Positions 9,586 to 20,154 of a DNA stretch of 64,000 nt are shown in pieces (the stretch's first letter is position 1; each line of letters opens with the position of its first letter). The stretch is from an uncultured delta proteobacterium. GTDB lineage: Bacteria > Desulfobacterota > Binatia > UBA9968. The position numbers and the translations under genes are program-made. The DNA lies in contig CAWJZV010000042.1 in NCBI GenBank assembly GCA_963847445.1, positions 32,001-96,000 of the forward strand. The letters are read 5' to 3'. The notes below the pieces were generated by a model that was given only the letters and a program-made list of their open reading frames with translations, had not been told where the DNA came from and did not search any database.

Positions 9586-11622
9586 ATGAGAATCGCAGTT
9601 GATATAGGTGGGACGTTTACCGATTTGGTTGCCGTCGACGACGACGGCCGGGTGTCGCGCAGTAAGGCGCTGACCACGCCGGACGATTTGGCGCGCGGCA
9701 TCGACGATTGTTTGAAAGGCGCCAACGTCGACGTCGCCGGCGCGAACTTTTTTGTCCACGGTTCGACGGTGACCATCAACGCCGTGCTCGAGCGCAAGGG
9801 CGCGCGCACCGGTCTCATCACCACCAAAGGTTTTCGCGACGTTTACGAGATCGGCCGGGGCAACCGGCCGGAAGGTTACAATTTGTTTTTCAAACGGCCG
9901 GTGCCGCTGGTGCCGCGCGACTTGCGCTTGGAAGTCGACGAACGGCTTTATGCCACCGGCGAAGTGCTGACCCCACTCGACGAAACTTCGGCGGCGGCGG
10001 CGATTGACGCGTTAAAAAAAGCCGGCGTCGAAAGCGTCGCGGTGTGTTTGCTCCATTCCTACGCCAATGCGGCTCATGAGCAGCGGCTCGGCGAGCTGTT
10101 GCGCCAACAGTTTCCCGAAGCCTACGTGTCGCTGTCGCACGAGATTCTGCGCGAGTTCCGCGAGTACGAGCGCACTTCGACGACGGCGCTGAATTCCTAC
10201 GTCGGGCCGCTGGTGCGCCGTTATTTGGTCTCGCTGGAAAAAATGCTCGGCGCCGCCGGCTTTCACGGCACCTTTCGCGTCATGCAGTCCAACGGCGGCG
10301 TGATGTCGGCGGAGACGGCGAAGAAAATGCCGGTGACGATGATGGAGTCGGGGCCGGTGGCCGGCGTCATCGCGGCGGCGCGGCTCGGCGAAGCGCTCGG
10401 CTGCCGCCATATCATTTCCTTCGACATGGGCGGCACGACGGCGAAGTCGAGCTTGATCAAAGACTTTCATCCCGAGGTGACCAGCAGCTATTACGTCGGC
10501 GGTTATGTCACCGGCCATCCGATGATGCTGCCGGTGGTCGACATCGTCGAGGTCGGCAACGGCGGCGGCAGCATCGCCTGGATCGATCCCGCCGGCGGTT
10601 TGAAAGTCGGGCCGCAGAGCGCCGGCGCGGCGCCGGGGCCGGCTTGCTACGGCAAAGGCGGCGTCGAACCGACCGTTACCGATGCTAATTTGATCGCGGG
10701 CAGAATAGACCCGGAATATTTTCTCGGCAGCGGCATTCGCTTGCAGCGCGATCAAGCGGCGGCGGCGATCATGGAAAAGGTCGGCAAGCCGCTGGGACTT
10801 TCTTTGGAAGAGGCGGCATTGGGAATTCTCACCATCGCCAATTTCAACATGTCGCTGTCGGTGCGCGCGGTTTCCGTCGAGAAGGGTTACGATCCGCGCG
10901 ATTGCGTGCTGGTGCCGAGCGGCGGCGGCGGCGCGCTGCACGCCATCGCCATTGCGCGGGAGCTGTCGGTGCCGCGGGTGATCATCCCGCCGATGCCGGC
11001 GCATTTCTCCGCTCTCGGCATGCTGATGGCCGATTTGAAGCATGACTACGTGCAGACTTTCGTGCGCGAGTTGGCCGACACCAGCGGCGCACAGATCGCC
11101 GACGCGTTCGCGGTGCTGGAAAAATCCGCCACAGATACGCTGCGCGAAGAGGGTTGCAAGCCGGAGCAGATGGTCTTGCGGCGCTTTCTCGACATGCGCT
11201 ACCGCGGCCAGGAGTACACGTTGCCGGTGCCGGTGACTGAAGATCTGCGCACGCTCACCGACTTCAGCGCGATCCGCGCGCGTTTCGACCAAATGCATCA
11301 AGATCACTATGGCCACTCGGCGCCGAAAGAGCCGGTGATGATGGTCAATCTGCGTCTATCCGCGCTAGGAAAATTCGACAACAAATTGCCCCTGGCGACG
11401 GCGTCCCGCGCCGAAGACCGCGGCGAGCGGGGCCGGCGGCCGGTGATCTTCGACACCGAGCCGGTGGACTGTCCGATTTATTTGCGCAGCGGTTTCAAAG
11501 CCGGCGACCAATTAGCAGGTCCCGCGGTGATCGAAGAGTTGGGCGCGACGATCCTCGTTTATCCCGGCGACACCATGCAGGTGAACGAGCTCGGCCAGCT
11601 GGTGATCGAAGTGGGGAGCTGA
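9586..11622 (+). CDS. Hydantoinase A/oxoprolinase family protein (ATP-dependent lactamase subunit A)
   Basis: IAVDIGGTFTD, HGSTVTINA, FREYERTST, ESGPVAG, FDMGGTT, VGPQSAGAAPGPACYG..EPTVTDA. Confidence 0.95.
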   Translation: MRIAVDIGGTFTDLVAVDDDGRVSRSKALTTPDDLARGIDDCLKGANVDVAGANFFVHGSTVTINAVLERKGARTGLITTKGFRDVYEIGRGNRPEGYNLFFKRPVPLVPRDLRLEVDERLYATGEVLTPLDETSAAAAIDALKKAGVESVAVCLLHSYANAAHEQRLGELLRQQFPEAYVSLSHEILREFREYERTSTTALNSYVGPLVRRYLVSLEKMLGAAGFHGTFRVMQSNGGVMSAETAKKMPVTMMESGPVAGVIAAARLGEALGCRHIISFDMGGTTAKSSLIKDFHPEVTSSYYVGGYVTGHPMMLPVVDIVEVGNGGGSIAWIDPAGGLKVGPQSAGAAPGPACYGKGGVEPTVTDANLIAGRIDPEYFLGSGIRLQRDQAAAAIMEKVGKPLGLSLEEAALGILTIANFNMSLSVRAVSVEKGYDPRDCVLVPSGGGGALHAIAIARELSVPRVIIPPMPAHFSALGMLMADLKHDYVQTFVRELADTSGAQIADAFAVLEKSATDTLREEGCKPEQMVLRRFLDMRYRGQEYTLPVPVTEDLRTLTDFSAIRARFDQMHQDHYGHSAPKEPVMMVNLRLSALGKFDNKLPLATASRAEDRGERGRRPVIFDTEPVDCPIYLRSGFKAGDQLAGPAVIEELGATILVYPGDTMQVNELGQLVIEVGS

Positions 11623-11681
11623 GGAGCAAGCGGGGTTGGTAATTTTGGCCTCGATGCTTTTATGCCTTGTTTTGTCTTCCC

Positions 11682-11741
11682 TGTAGGGGCAGGCCCCCGT
11701 GCCTGCCCGGCGGAGGGCAACCACGGGGGGTTGCCCCTACA
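11682..11741. repeat. GTAG-family REP doublet
   Basis: tgtaggggcaggcccccgtgcctgccc...agggcaaccacggggggttgcccctaca: two hairpins with GTAG/CTAC ends. Confidence 0.75.
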
Positions 11742-11775
11742 ATAAATCGAGAACACCGAACGGTTAACTCCGATC

Positions 11776-13152
11776 ATGCTGGAACAAACCCTAAGCGAAC
11801 AGCTTTCACGCGAGATCGCTCAACTCCAATTCGATCGAATTCCCGCCGCACGTCATCGACGCCGCCAAGCTTCACATCCTCGATTCCCTCGGTTGTATTC
11901 TTGCCGGTTCGCGCCTGGAGCCGGGACGGCTGGCGTACAATCTGGCGGTGGAGGCGAGCGTTGGCAATGCCGATTCGACGCTCTTTGGAACGGCTCGACG
12001 CGCCAGCGTATCTCGACGCCGTGCAGGCGATGGCGACTGCGGCGCACTGCGGCGAGCTCGACGACATTCACGGCGGCGCGGCGACTTGCATCGGCGCTAT
12101 GATCGTTCCCGCGCTCCTGGCGCTGGCGGAAAAACATGGCGCCAGCGGCCGGCGCTTTCTCGAAGCGGCGATCGCCGGCTACGAAACTACCGCTCGTATC
12201 GGTTTGAGCATCGATGCGCCGAAGCTCTTCGACCGCGGCTGGTGGCCGAGTACGGTTTGCGGCGCCTTCGGTGTGGCAGCGGCTGGAGCGAAGTTCTTGG
12301 GCTGGCCGGTCGACAAGACGACCAACGCCCTCGGCATCGCTTCTCTCCACACCGGCGGCATGCTCACCGGCGGACAGGAAGGCGCGACGGCGCGTCATCT
12401 CGCATTCGGTTCCGCGGCGCGAAATGGCCTGCTCGCATTGCTCGCCACCGAGCAAGGGCTCACGGGGCCGAAGCGCGCGCTGGAAGATCCGCGCGGCTTT
12501 TGTTTCACGCTTTGTGCCGAACCGAAGTTCGAGTTTCTCCAAGACTTCAAACAGTTTCATTTGCTCGATGTCGCGTTCAAGCCTTACCCCTGCGCGCGCC
12601 AGTTGCATGCCGGGGTTGAAGCGCTGCTGAAACTGATAAGCGAATATTCGATTGGCGCGGAAGCGATTCGCGCGATCGAACTGGCGGTGCCGACGCAAAA
12701 CGCCGGCATGATCGATCGCCCGGCGACGCCGACGCTGCGGGCGGCGACGTTGGGGAGTGGCCAATATGTGATGGCGGTAACGGCGCTCAGAGGAAAAATC
12801 GATTTGGCGTCATTCGAAGACGAGTTTTTACAGAGCGTACCGGTTCGCCAATTAATGACTAAAGTGACTGTCAGCGCGAGCACGGAGCTCGATCGGCATT
12901 TCCCGAAATATTGGGCGGGACGAGTGACGGTGACGCTTGCGGACGGTCAGGTGCATACGCGAAGAGATTATCGCGCCCAAGGGCGAGATCGAGAATCCGC
13001 TGACGCGGCAAGATGTCGAAGCGAAGTTTCTCGGCTTGGCTGGGCCGGTACTGGGCGAGGAGAAAGCGCGGGCGGTGATTGATGAAGTTAGCTTGTTGGA
13101 TACGCGGGATTCGATGGCTCCGCTGCTGGCGGCGCTCAAGTTATCAGAGTAG
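11776..13152 (+). CDS. MmgE/PrpD family protein, frameshifted (~11850, ~11990, ~12960)
   Basis: AAHCGELDDIH, AGYET..RIG, RGWWPS..CGAFG, FKPYPCARQLH, PKGEIENPLT. Confidence 0.88.
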
Positions 13153-13365
13153 CGTTGCGGATCAGGTTCCTTCGCCCTCAGGGAGAAGGCTAGGATGAGG
13201 GCTCCGATGGACGACCGGCTTGGACTGCGCCCTTGAAAGAGCCCTCACCCTTCCCTCTCCCAAAGGGCGAGGGTATAAGATGTCGGCGATTGAAGCCGCT
13301 TGCGGCCATGAGCTATAACTGGCGAGCTTGAATCTAATCGCGCGAAAATTATTGGAGGTTCCGAT

Positions 13366-14148
13366 ATGAGTGCAGATACAACCGCAGGTTACGATCTACT
13401 CTATGACATCATCCGGCGCCGCTCGAGCGTGCGCAAGTTGAAACCCGATCCGATTCCCGACGAATATATCGGCAAGATACTCGAAGCCGGGCGCTGGGCG
13501 ATGTCGGGAGCCAACTCGCAGCCCTGGGAATATATCGTCGTCAAAGATGCCAAAGTGAAAAAAGATCTGTTTCGCTGCTACTCGGAGGACAACACCGACT
13601 TTATTTACTGGATGGAGCAGCAGCGGGTTTTCGAGCTGCGCCATCCGGCCTATCAAATGACCGCCGACGCCGCCGTTGAGCGGCAGCGGCGCGGCGCCGG
13701 TTGGTCGGAAGCGCCGGCGTTGATCGTCGTGGTCGGCGACGGCCGGCGCCAGTGGGGCACGGTGCAAGGGGCGCATACCTTCGGCCGTGATCAATCCCAT
13801 CTCACCGACGGCTTGGCGAATACCTGCACGTTCATGCATCTCGCTGCCGTTTCCCTCGGCCTCGCGACCCAGTGGGTGTCGATTCATCTCCAGGAACCGT
13901 TCAAGAAAGTTCTCGGTGTGCCCGATCTGATGATGCTCTACCTGATCATCCCAATCGGCTACCCTGCGGTGGAGCCGTCCGAAGGCGTGCGCCGGCCGCT
14001 GGACGAGATCGTCCATCACGATCATTACGAGCAGGAAAAGTTCATGAGCAATGAGCGGGTGATTCAGTTTCTCTACGAGCTGCGCGGTAAGACACTGCAA
14101 ACCTATCGGCAGTCGTATGTCGGGAAGGATGAGCCGGAGAAGAAGTGA
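13366..14148 (+). CDS. Nitroreductase family protein (paralog 2)
   Basis: RRSSVRKLKPDPIP..WAMSGANSQPWEYIVV; shares GDGRRQWGTV.GAHTFGRDQSHLTDGLAN with 3983-4768. Confidence 0.9.
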   Translation: MSADTTAGYDLLYDIIRRRSSVRKLKPDPIPDEYIGKILEAGRWAMSGANSQPWEYIVVKDAKVKKDLFRCYSEDNTDFIYWMEQQRVFELRHPAYQMTADAAVERQRRGAGWSEAPALIVVVGDGRRQWGTVQGAHTFGRDQSHLTDGLANTCTFMHLAAVSLGLATQWVSIHLQEPFKKVLGVPDLMMLYLIIPIGYPAVEPSEGVRRPLDEIVHHDHYEQEKFMSNERVIQFLYELRGKTLQTYRQSYVGKDEPEKK

Positions 14149-14181
14149 CGGAAGTAAGGGGTGAAGGGTAAGGGGTTAGGC

Positions 14182-15185
14182 GTGTTCGGAAAATTTATTG
14201 CAACACTGTTTGGGTTATTTATCGCGCTGCACGGAGTTGCCTTTGGGGCGCAAGTGGTAAGATCACGGCGGGCTATGGCGGCGAGTTGGGTTATCAGGCG
14301 CCGATTTGGCTGGCTCATGAACTGAAGTTGTTCGCCAAGCATGGCATGACTTCGGAGCTGGTGCGCATCGCCGGCGGGGCGCGCAGCACGGCGGCGTTGT
14401 TGGCTAACGCGCTGCAAGTGTCGCAGAGCGCCGGCGTGGCGCCGGTGCAGGCGAACTTGGCCGGCGGCGATCTGGTCATCATCGCGACTTCGACCAATCG
14501 GCCGACGGTGAGCATCGTCGGCCAGCCGAAGACGGTAAAGAAACCCCAGGACCTGGTTGGCAAGACCGTCGGCCTCGTCGGCCCGGGCGAAATGAATACC
14601 TTCTTTTTTCTCAACGCGCTGGAACGCTGGGGCATCGATCCGAAGTCGGTCACGGTCCTCGCTATTCCCGGAACCCAGCCGCGGCTCGCCGCCGTGGTCG
14701 CGGGCACCATCGATGCAACGGTGTTGGCGCCGCCGTTCAGCTTCGAAGCGGAAAAGTACAATCTGACGCCGTTGGCGGACTTCGCCACCGGATCGGATCC
14801 GTTTCCCCAATCTGGATTGGTGGTGCGCAAGGAACTGCTGCGCAGCAACCGCGATCTGGTCAAGCGCATGTTGATCGCCTACGTCGAAGCGATCCACGTT
14901 CTCAAGACCGATGTCGAGACCAGCCTGCCGATCATGAAAAAGTATATGCGCATTACCGACGAGGTCATCGCCAAGCGCAGTTACGAATATTACTCCAAGC
15001 TGTTTTCCTTGCCGCCGTTGACCGACGAGAAGGGCATCGGCGTGGTGCTCAAGTTCCTCGCCACCCAGCCGGGCGGGGCCGGCGCGAAGAACGCCAAAGC
15101 GGAAGAGTTTTTCGACAATAGTCTGTTGCAAGAGTTGCGCAAGGAAGGATTCTTCACCCGGCTGCAGGGCGGCAAGGGGCTGTAA
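14182..15185 (+). CDS. ABC substrate-binding protein, NMT1/SsuA-like, probable frameshift near 14260
   Basis: GTG-start signal peptide (VFGKFIATLFGLFIALHGVAFGAQ) in a different frame from the body APIWLAHELKLFAKHG...DLVGKTVG...FFDNSLLQEL. Confidence 0.8.
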
Positions 15186-15204
15186 TTTCAGGGGAACAGG
15201 AAAT

Positions 15205-15405
15205 TTAACCGCAAAGTACGCAAAGAACGCAAAGAAGTCGTAGCGTGCGCTGCACACATGGCATGAGTTTGTCGGGTCGTGGAGCGCACACTACGGGAAT
15301 CTACAAGTCTTAGTCTTATTGTGGTGTGTTGCAAACAAGGGCAACCAGCCCGTCGCCCCATAATTTGGAGATCCTTTTTGCGTACTTTGCGTTCTTTGCG
15401 GTTAA
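15205..15405. repeat. CGCAAAG 9-mer arm element enclosing nested REP-like hairpins
   Basis: ttaaccgcaaagtacgcaaagaacgcaaag ... ttttgcgtactttgcgttctttgcggttaa inverted arms. Confidence 0.8.
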
Positions 15406-15421
15406 TAGATCTGAGGTATTT

Positions 15422-17104
15422 ATGTCTGTCGATCCCATCACTGTAGAAATTATTCGCTGCGCTTTGAAGGCGGCCGCCAACGAGATGTCGGCTGTGCTGA
15501 AGAAGACCGCTTACAACATGATGATCTACGAGGTGCAGGATTACTGCGTCGCGGTGCTCGATCATGAGGGGCGGACGATGTCGCAGAACGAGGGGGCGTT
15601 GCCGATCTTTCTCGCCGACCTGGGCGTGGCGGTGCAGGACGGCATCGAAGTTTACGGCAAGGAGGACATTCATCCCGGCGATGTGTTCCTGGTCAATCAC
15701 CCGGAGATCTGCGGCCAGCATTTGAACAACATGGCGGTGTACACGCCGTTTTTCTGGGAAGGCGAGCTGGTTAGCTTTCTCGCCGTGCGCGCCCATTGGA
15801 TCGATGTCGGCGGCGGCAGCACCGGTTTCGGATCGAGCAATACCCGCGATGTCTACGAGGAGGGGCTGCAAGTACGCTCGGTGAAAATTTACAAGCGAGG
15901 CAAGCCAAATACGGAAGTGCTGCGCTTGATCGAAGATAATATTCGCTTCCCCGAGTCCTCGCTCGGCGACTTGCGGGCGCAGATCGCCTGCTGCCGCACT
16001 GGCGAGGAACGATTGGAACAAATTTGCCGCAAATACGGCGGCGCGCGCTTTCAAGAGGCGGTGCAAGCGATCTGGGCCCAGACCGATAAGCTGGTGCGCG
16101 AGTCGGTGCGGGCGATTCCCGACGGCGTCTACGAAGCGGCGTCGTTTCTCGACGACGACGGCCGGGTGATGAACAAGACGATCCCGCTCAAGATCAAAGT
16201 CGTCGTGCGCGGCGATGAGCTGACCATCGATTATTCTGAAGTCGCCGATCAAGTGCCGGGCTTTATCAATTGCGGCGAATCCGGCGGCATGGCCGCGGCG
16301 CGGGTCGCTTTCAAGGCGCTGACGTCGCCGCAACGTGAAGTGAACGAAGGATCGTTTCTCGCGTTGAAAGTGATCCTGCCGCCGGGAAAATTGCTCAGTG
16401 CGCGCCGGCCGGCGCCCATCGGCGGCTGGAGCCTATCGTTGCCGACGGTGCTCGACACGATCTTTTGCGCTCTGGCGCCGGCGCTGCCGGAACGCGTGCC
16501 GGCGGCGCACAAAGGCGACATGGGCGGCTATGCGATTTTCGGCATGAACTCCAAAACCGGCCGCCGTTACGTCTGCCAGAATATTATCGGCGGCGGTTGG
16601 GGCGGACGGCCCTTCGAAGACGGCGTTTCCTCGGCGGTGTCGATGTGCCAGGGCGATGTCAAAAACACGCCTATCGAATTACAGGAACTTTACTATCCGC
16701 TGCTCTACGAGTGCCACGCCTTTCGCGCCGACAGCGGCGGCGCCGGCAAGTTTCGCGGCGGCAACGGCGTCGAAGTGCGGGTCAAGCCGCTGGAGAATTG
16801 TTTCCTGAGCCGCAACACCGACCGCATCAAGTGCCCGCCATGGGGACTGCTCGGCGGCGCTGCGGCGATGGTCAACGAGACGCGCATCGAGCGCGGCGGC
16901 AAAGACGAACAGTTGCCCGGCAAGTTTAGCCAGATGCAAATTCATCCTGGCGAGACGGTAACCTTTTTCACCGCCGGCGGCGGCGGCTATGGCGCGCCTG
17001 GTGAGCGCCAGGCAGCCGCGGTGGCGCGGGACGTCGAACTCGGTTATTTGTCGCAAGAGAACGCCCGTAAAAATTATCCCCAGGCATATTTGGCTAAGGT
17101 GTAA
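15422..17104 (+). CDS. Hydantoinase B/oxoprolinase family protein (intact)
   Basis: MSVDPITVEIIR, GQHLNN, RAHWIDVGG, EEGLQ, NIRFP, DSGGAGKFRGG, TAGGGGYG. Confidence 0.95.
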   Translation: MSVDPITVEIIRCALKAAANEMSAVLKKTAYNMMIYEVQDYCVAVLDHEGRTMSQNEGALPIFLADLGVAVQDGIEVYGKEDIHPGDVFLVNHPEICGQHLNNMAVYTPFFWEGELVSFLAVRAHWIDVGGGSTGFGSSNTRDVYEEGLQVRSVKIYKRGKPNTEVLRLIEDNIRFPESSLGDLRAQIACCRTGEERLEQICRKYGGARFQEAVQAIWAQTDKLVRESVRAIPDGVYEAASFLDDDGRVMNKTIPLKIKVVVRGDELTIDYSEVADQVPGFINCGESGGMAAARVAFKALTSPQREVNEGSFLALKVILPPGKLLSARRPAPIGGWSLSLPTVLDTIFCALAPALPERVPAAHKGDMGGYAIFGMNSKTGRRYVCQNIIGGGWGGRPFEDGVSSAVSMCQGDVKNTPIELQELYYPLLYECHAFRADSGGAGKFRGGNGVEVRVKPLENCFLSRNTDRIKCPPWGLLGGAAAMVNETRIERGGKDEQLPGKFSQMQIHPGETVTFFTAGGGGYGAPGERQAAAVARDVELGYLSQENARKNYPQAYLAKV

Positions 17105-17139
17105 ACGAAACGATCAATCGTAGGCAGTCGGAGGCAAAG

Positions 17140-17602
17140 ATGAACAAAGTTTTTTGATATTCGATGGCGGCGATTGCGGCTCTGTTATTTTGCGCCGATT
17201 GTTGGGCGCAGGCGAAGAAAACCATGTCTGCTCGCCGGCAGCTAGTACCGATGACCTGCTTGGCCTGCGCCTCGGCCGTGAACTTGGTCATGATATCGGT
17301 ATTGGTGGCGCGGTACGGTTCGATCTTGATGCCGTACTTGGTCTCGAAGCCTTTGGCGAACTCTTTCGGCGTGGTGATTGTCGCTCAGGCGCCCCATTCC
17401 CATGCGGCAGTTTTGCTCACCGACTATCTGCTCGGGCCGGAAGCGGCGAAAATCCTCGGCGACCTGGAATACGGCAGCGTGTTCAAGCCGGTCACATATA
17501 AACTATGGTATCCCGAGGCGGGAATGTCGACGATGCAGTACGACAAGGCCGCCGAGCGTTGGGAGAAATTGCTGCGGGAGACTTGGCAAGAAGCAGTCCT
17601 GA
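17140..17602 (+). pseudogene. Decayed extracellular solute-binding protein (Fe3+/family 1-like) with internal deletion and inverted segment
   Basis: GGAGG-ATG, early TGA, signal peptide (ALLFCADCWAQAKK) and SBP C-terminus (APHSHAAVLLTDYLLGPEA); ~17242-17376 encodes an SBP N-terminal segment on the minus strand. Confidence 0.7.
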
Positions 17603-17618
17603 TAGGTGCCGGATTAAA

Positions 17619-18647
17619 TCAACTTCCTAACAATTTTTTCATGCGTTCGACGATCTCCGGCGGCTGAGAAATAACTTCTTTTGCCAGCGCCGCCATCTCC
17701 TCGCCGCCGATGGCGTCGACGACCCAGCGGCGCTTTTTCAGTTCCTCGAGCAGTCCAGGGTCTTTCAGCGATCGATGATAGGCGTCGCGCAGGATTTTTA
17801 CTCTCGCCGGCGGCACGCCGGGGGCGGCTACCATGGGCCGGCCGAAGACGGCGGGTGCGAGCAGGACCGTGGCGAGACGGCGACCCGCTTCGGAGACTTT
17901 ATATTGATCCATGACTTCGTGAATGGTCTGAACATCGGGAATGCGCCCGTCGCGCTTTTTTGGGGTTTGCATGAGCGGCCGGACAAATCCGTTTTTGTGC
18001 CAGGTGAGATAGGGCTCCCGGGCAAAGTAGGTGCTGATCGTCATGGTACGGCAGTGCAACTCGCCGCGTTCGATGCCGAGGTCCACCTCGTTGCCGCCGG
18101 GATAGCCGGTGACGATGTTAAACTTCGCGCCGATGTTTTCCTCCAAAAACTTGGGGACGTAGTAACTGGTCGTGCTGGTTCCCGGCGCGCCGCACTTGGG
18201 CGGCTCGGCGGCTTTGCGGATAGCTTCGATAGATTTGTATGGACTATCCATTCTCATGACCAGGATCGAGTCGGTTTGTTCCGGCGTGCCGATCCAGGTG
18301 AACTTTGACCAATCGAATTGAACTTCTTTGCGCCCCGCGAGTTGATCGAAATAGATCCACGGACCGAGGGCGCCAAGCGTCAGGCCGTCGGCTTTGGCAA
18401 CGCCATAAACATAGTTGGCGGCGATCAAGCCGCCGCCGCCGGTCATGTTCTGAACGATGAAGCTGGGATTGCCCGGCATGTACTTGCCCATGTATTGCGC
18501 GAAGATTCTCGCCCAAAGATCGTAGGCATCGCCGGCCAGATAGCCGACGATAATGCGCACCGTCTGGCCCTGATAGAATGGCGCTTGGGCGTGAAGATTC
18601 GTATTCGATGAAAGAAGTAACAAAAGCGCAAATGCAGCTCGCTTCAT
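17619..18647 (-). CDS. Tripartite tricarboxylate transporter substrate-binding protein (TctC/Bug)
   Basis: FYQGQTVRIIVGY..YDLWAR..MPGNPSFIVQNMTGGGG..ADGLT; GYPGG; APGVP. Confidence 0.9.
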   Translation of the reverse strand: MKRAAFALLLLLSSNTNLHAQAPFYQGQTVRIIVGYLAGDAYDLWARIFAQYMGKYMPGNPSFIVQNMTGGGGLIAANYVYGVAKADGLTLGALGPWIYFDQLAGRKEVQFDWSKFTWIGTPEQTDSILVMRMDSPYKSIEAIRKAAEPPKCGAPGTSTTSYYVPKFLEENIGAKFNIVTGYPGGNEVDLGIERGELHCRTMTISTYFAREPYLTWHKNGFVRPLMQTPKKRDGRIPDVQTIHEVMDQYKVSEAGRRLATVLLAPAVFGRPMVAAPGVPPARVKILRDAYHRSLKDPGLLEELKKRRWVVDAIGGEEMAALAKEVISQPPEIVERMKKLLGS

Positions 18648-18844
18648 AACATCCTCCGGTTTGGCTAATCGGGACATGATTCGTTTCGGTCGAGAGCCAT
18701 CTCCTCGTTCGTCATGACACTTGCTCTCTACCTGTCATTTCGAGCAGGGCGAGAAATCTTTCTCAATCGCCGCAACCAGGATGAAATTAAATTGAAGCAC
18801 TATCGCAACTCGAATCAGTTTACACTTTGACATGCTCGCTTGTC

Positions 18845-18898
18845 CTAACGATATAGTCCGTCGATGTAGCCGCTGCGGTCTAACTCGGTTTTCAACAT
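18845..18898 (-). pseudogene. 17-codon remnant of an NMT1-type SBP gene (start fused to C-terminus): MLKTELDRSGYIDGLYR
   Basis: AAGGAGG RBS 6 nt upstream of ATG; peptide matches SBP C-termini in this window (LDESGYIDKLF, LESEGFIAKLY). Confidence 0.6.
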
Positions 18899-19189
18899 CG
18901 CTGGCCTCCTTCGATGTGCCGGATCATATTTCCGTGCGTGCGGAGCTGTCAAGGCGGGGTGGTGACTTAAGGATGAAGGCGGAGGGATGAAGGGTGATCT
19001 CACGAAGGGTGTGAAGCATTTCCTCGGAACAGCGCTTTCTACGGCGCCGTCTCTAGATTATTTCGCGGCGCGATGATGAAAAAATTGATGCGATCGATTG
19101 TTTTATACGATGGGAAACTTCAGAGAGATAGTTTTGAGCTCAACGTTTGGCGTCAACCGCGGCCGAGCGCAGCGCAGGTTAGGCAGTCG

Positions 19190-19675
19190 TCAAATATGCT
19201 TCTCCAACACGATTGAGTTTAGTTTTGTGCCTGCGAGATCATCAATTTTGACACGGACCTCGTTAAATCCGAGTTTTCGATAAAAAGCTCTCCCCTTAGG
19301 ATTCTCTTCTTCAACGTCCAGTTGCACTCGCCGTGTCTGAGGGAATGCGCGGAAGCTTTCGTCCATCAGCCTTTCCCCAATACCCTGTCGTTGATACTCG
19401 GGAAGTACATACAATCGACTTATGAGTAACAGCTCGCCCTGTGAATGTGCCGTTATCATGCCGACAATTTCGCTTGAAACGCTTTTGGCTACGCCAGTGA
19501 AGGTTGAAGGCCGGTCGATTTCAGCTGCAAGCACGCTCGGCGAATGCCATTCAGCCGTCACTCTGGCGATGGATGACTCCGAAAGCAATGATGCATAGGT
19601 ATCGGCCCAAGTTGCCGCCAGGACAGCTTTGATTCCCTGGATGTCGTCGATTTGCGCGCGACAAATCGTTATCAC
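19190..19675 (-). CDS. GNAT family N-acetyltransferase
   Basis: LYVLPEYQRQGIG, NPKGRAFYRKLGF; GGAGGG RBS before GTG 19675. Confidence 0.9.
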   Translation of the reverse strand: MITICRAQIDDIQGIKAVLAATWADTYASLLSESSIARVTAEWHSPSVLAAEIDRPSTFTGVAKSVSSEIVGMITAHSQGELLLISRLYVLPEYQRQGIGERLMDESFRAFPQTRRVQLDVEEENPKGRAFYRKLGFNEVRVKIDDLAGTKLNSIVLEKHI

Positions 19676-20154
19676 GATTACCCTCCGGAGGCCGCTAGCG
19701 GTGCATGCTGCCCGATCGGATCTCTGTTTGCCGATACAAATATCTGCAATGGCCGCCCGCAAAAGCGAGAGCGATCCAATTGAGGGGTCACATTAACTAC
19801 GCACCCGAATCGCTTGCCTCGCTTTACCGGTTCGCGCCAGAATAATCTTACCAACGCTCCCTATTGGCTCGTTGCCGTCTTGCTACCCATTCTCACCCGC
19901 TGTCCTACCGCTCGCATGGCTCATTGCTTAGGAATCAGGCCGAGTCTATGGAAGCGCAAAATTTCTGTCAATTGCAATTGTTTTGCGGAACGAAAATTTC
20001 AGTGGTTGTGTTGACAAGTCGGAGGTCAACTCATTAAAGACATGACGTGGGAGCCGAACCGGAACGATGACGTTGTGTTTCTCACCGGCCGGCGTTCGGT
20101 GCAGCGTAGACTGAGTTTCCGGCGCAGCTCAAATATGCCGCGGAGGATTCATCG

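Noticed and set aside
10012-11316. Long antisense ORFs (also 3968-4885, 15188-16333, 38181-39401, 40157-41236)
   Set aside because: Shadows of high-GC sense genes with no recognisable motifs
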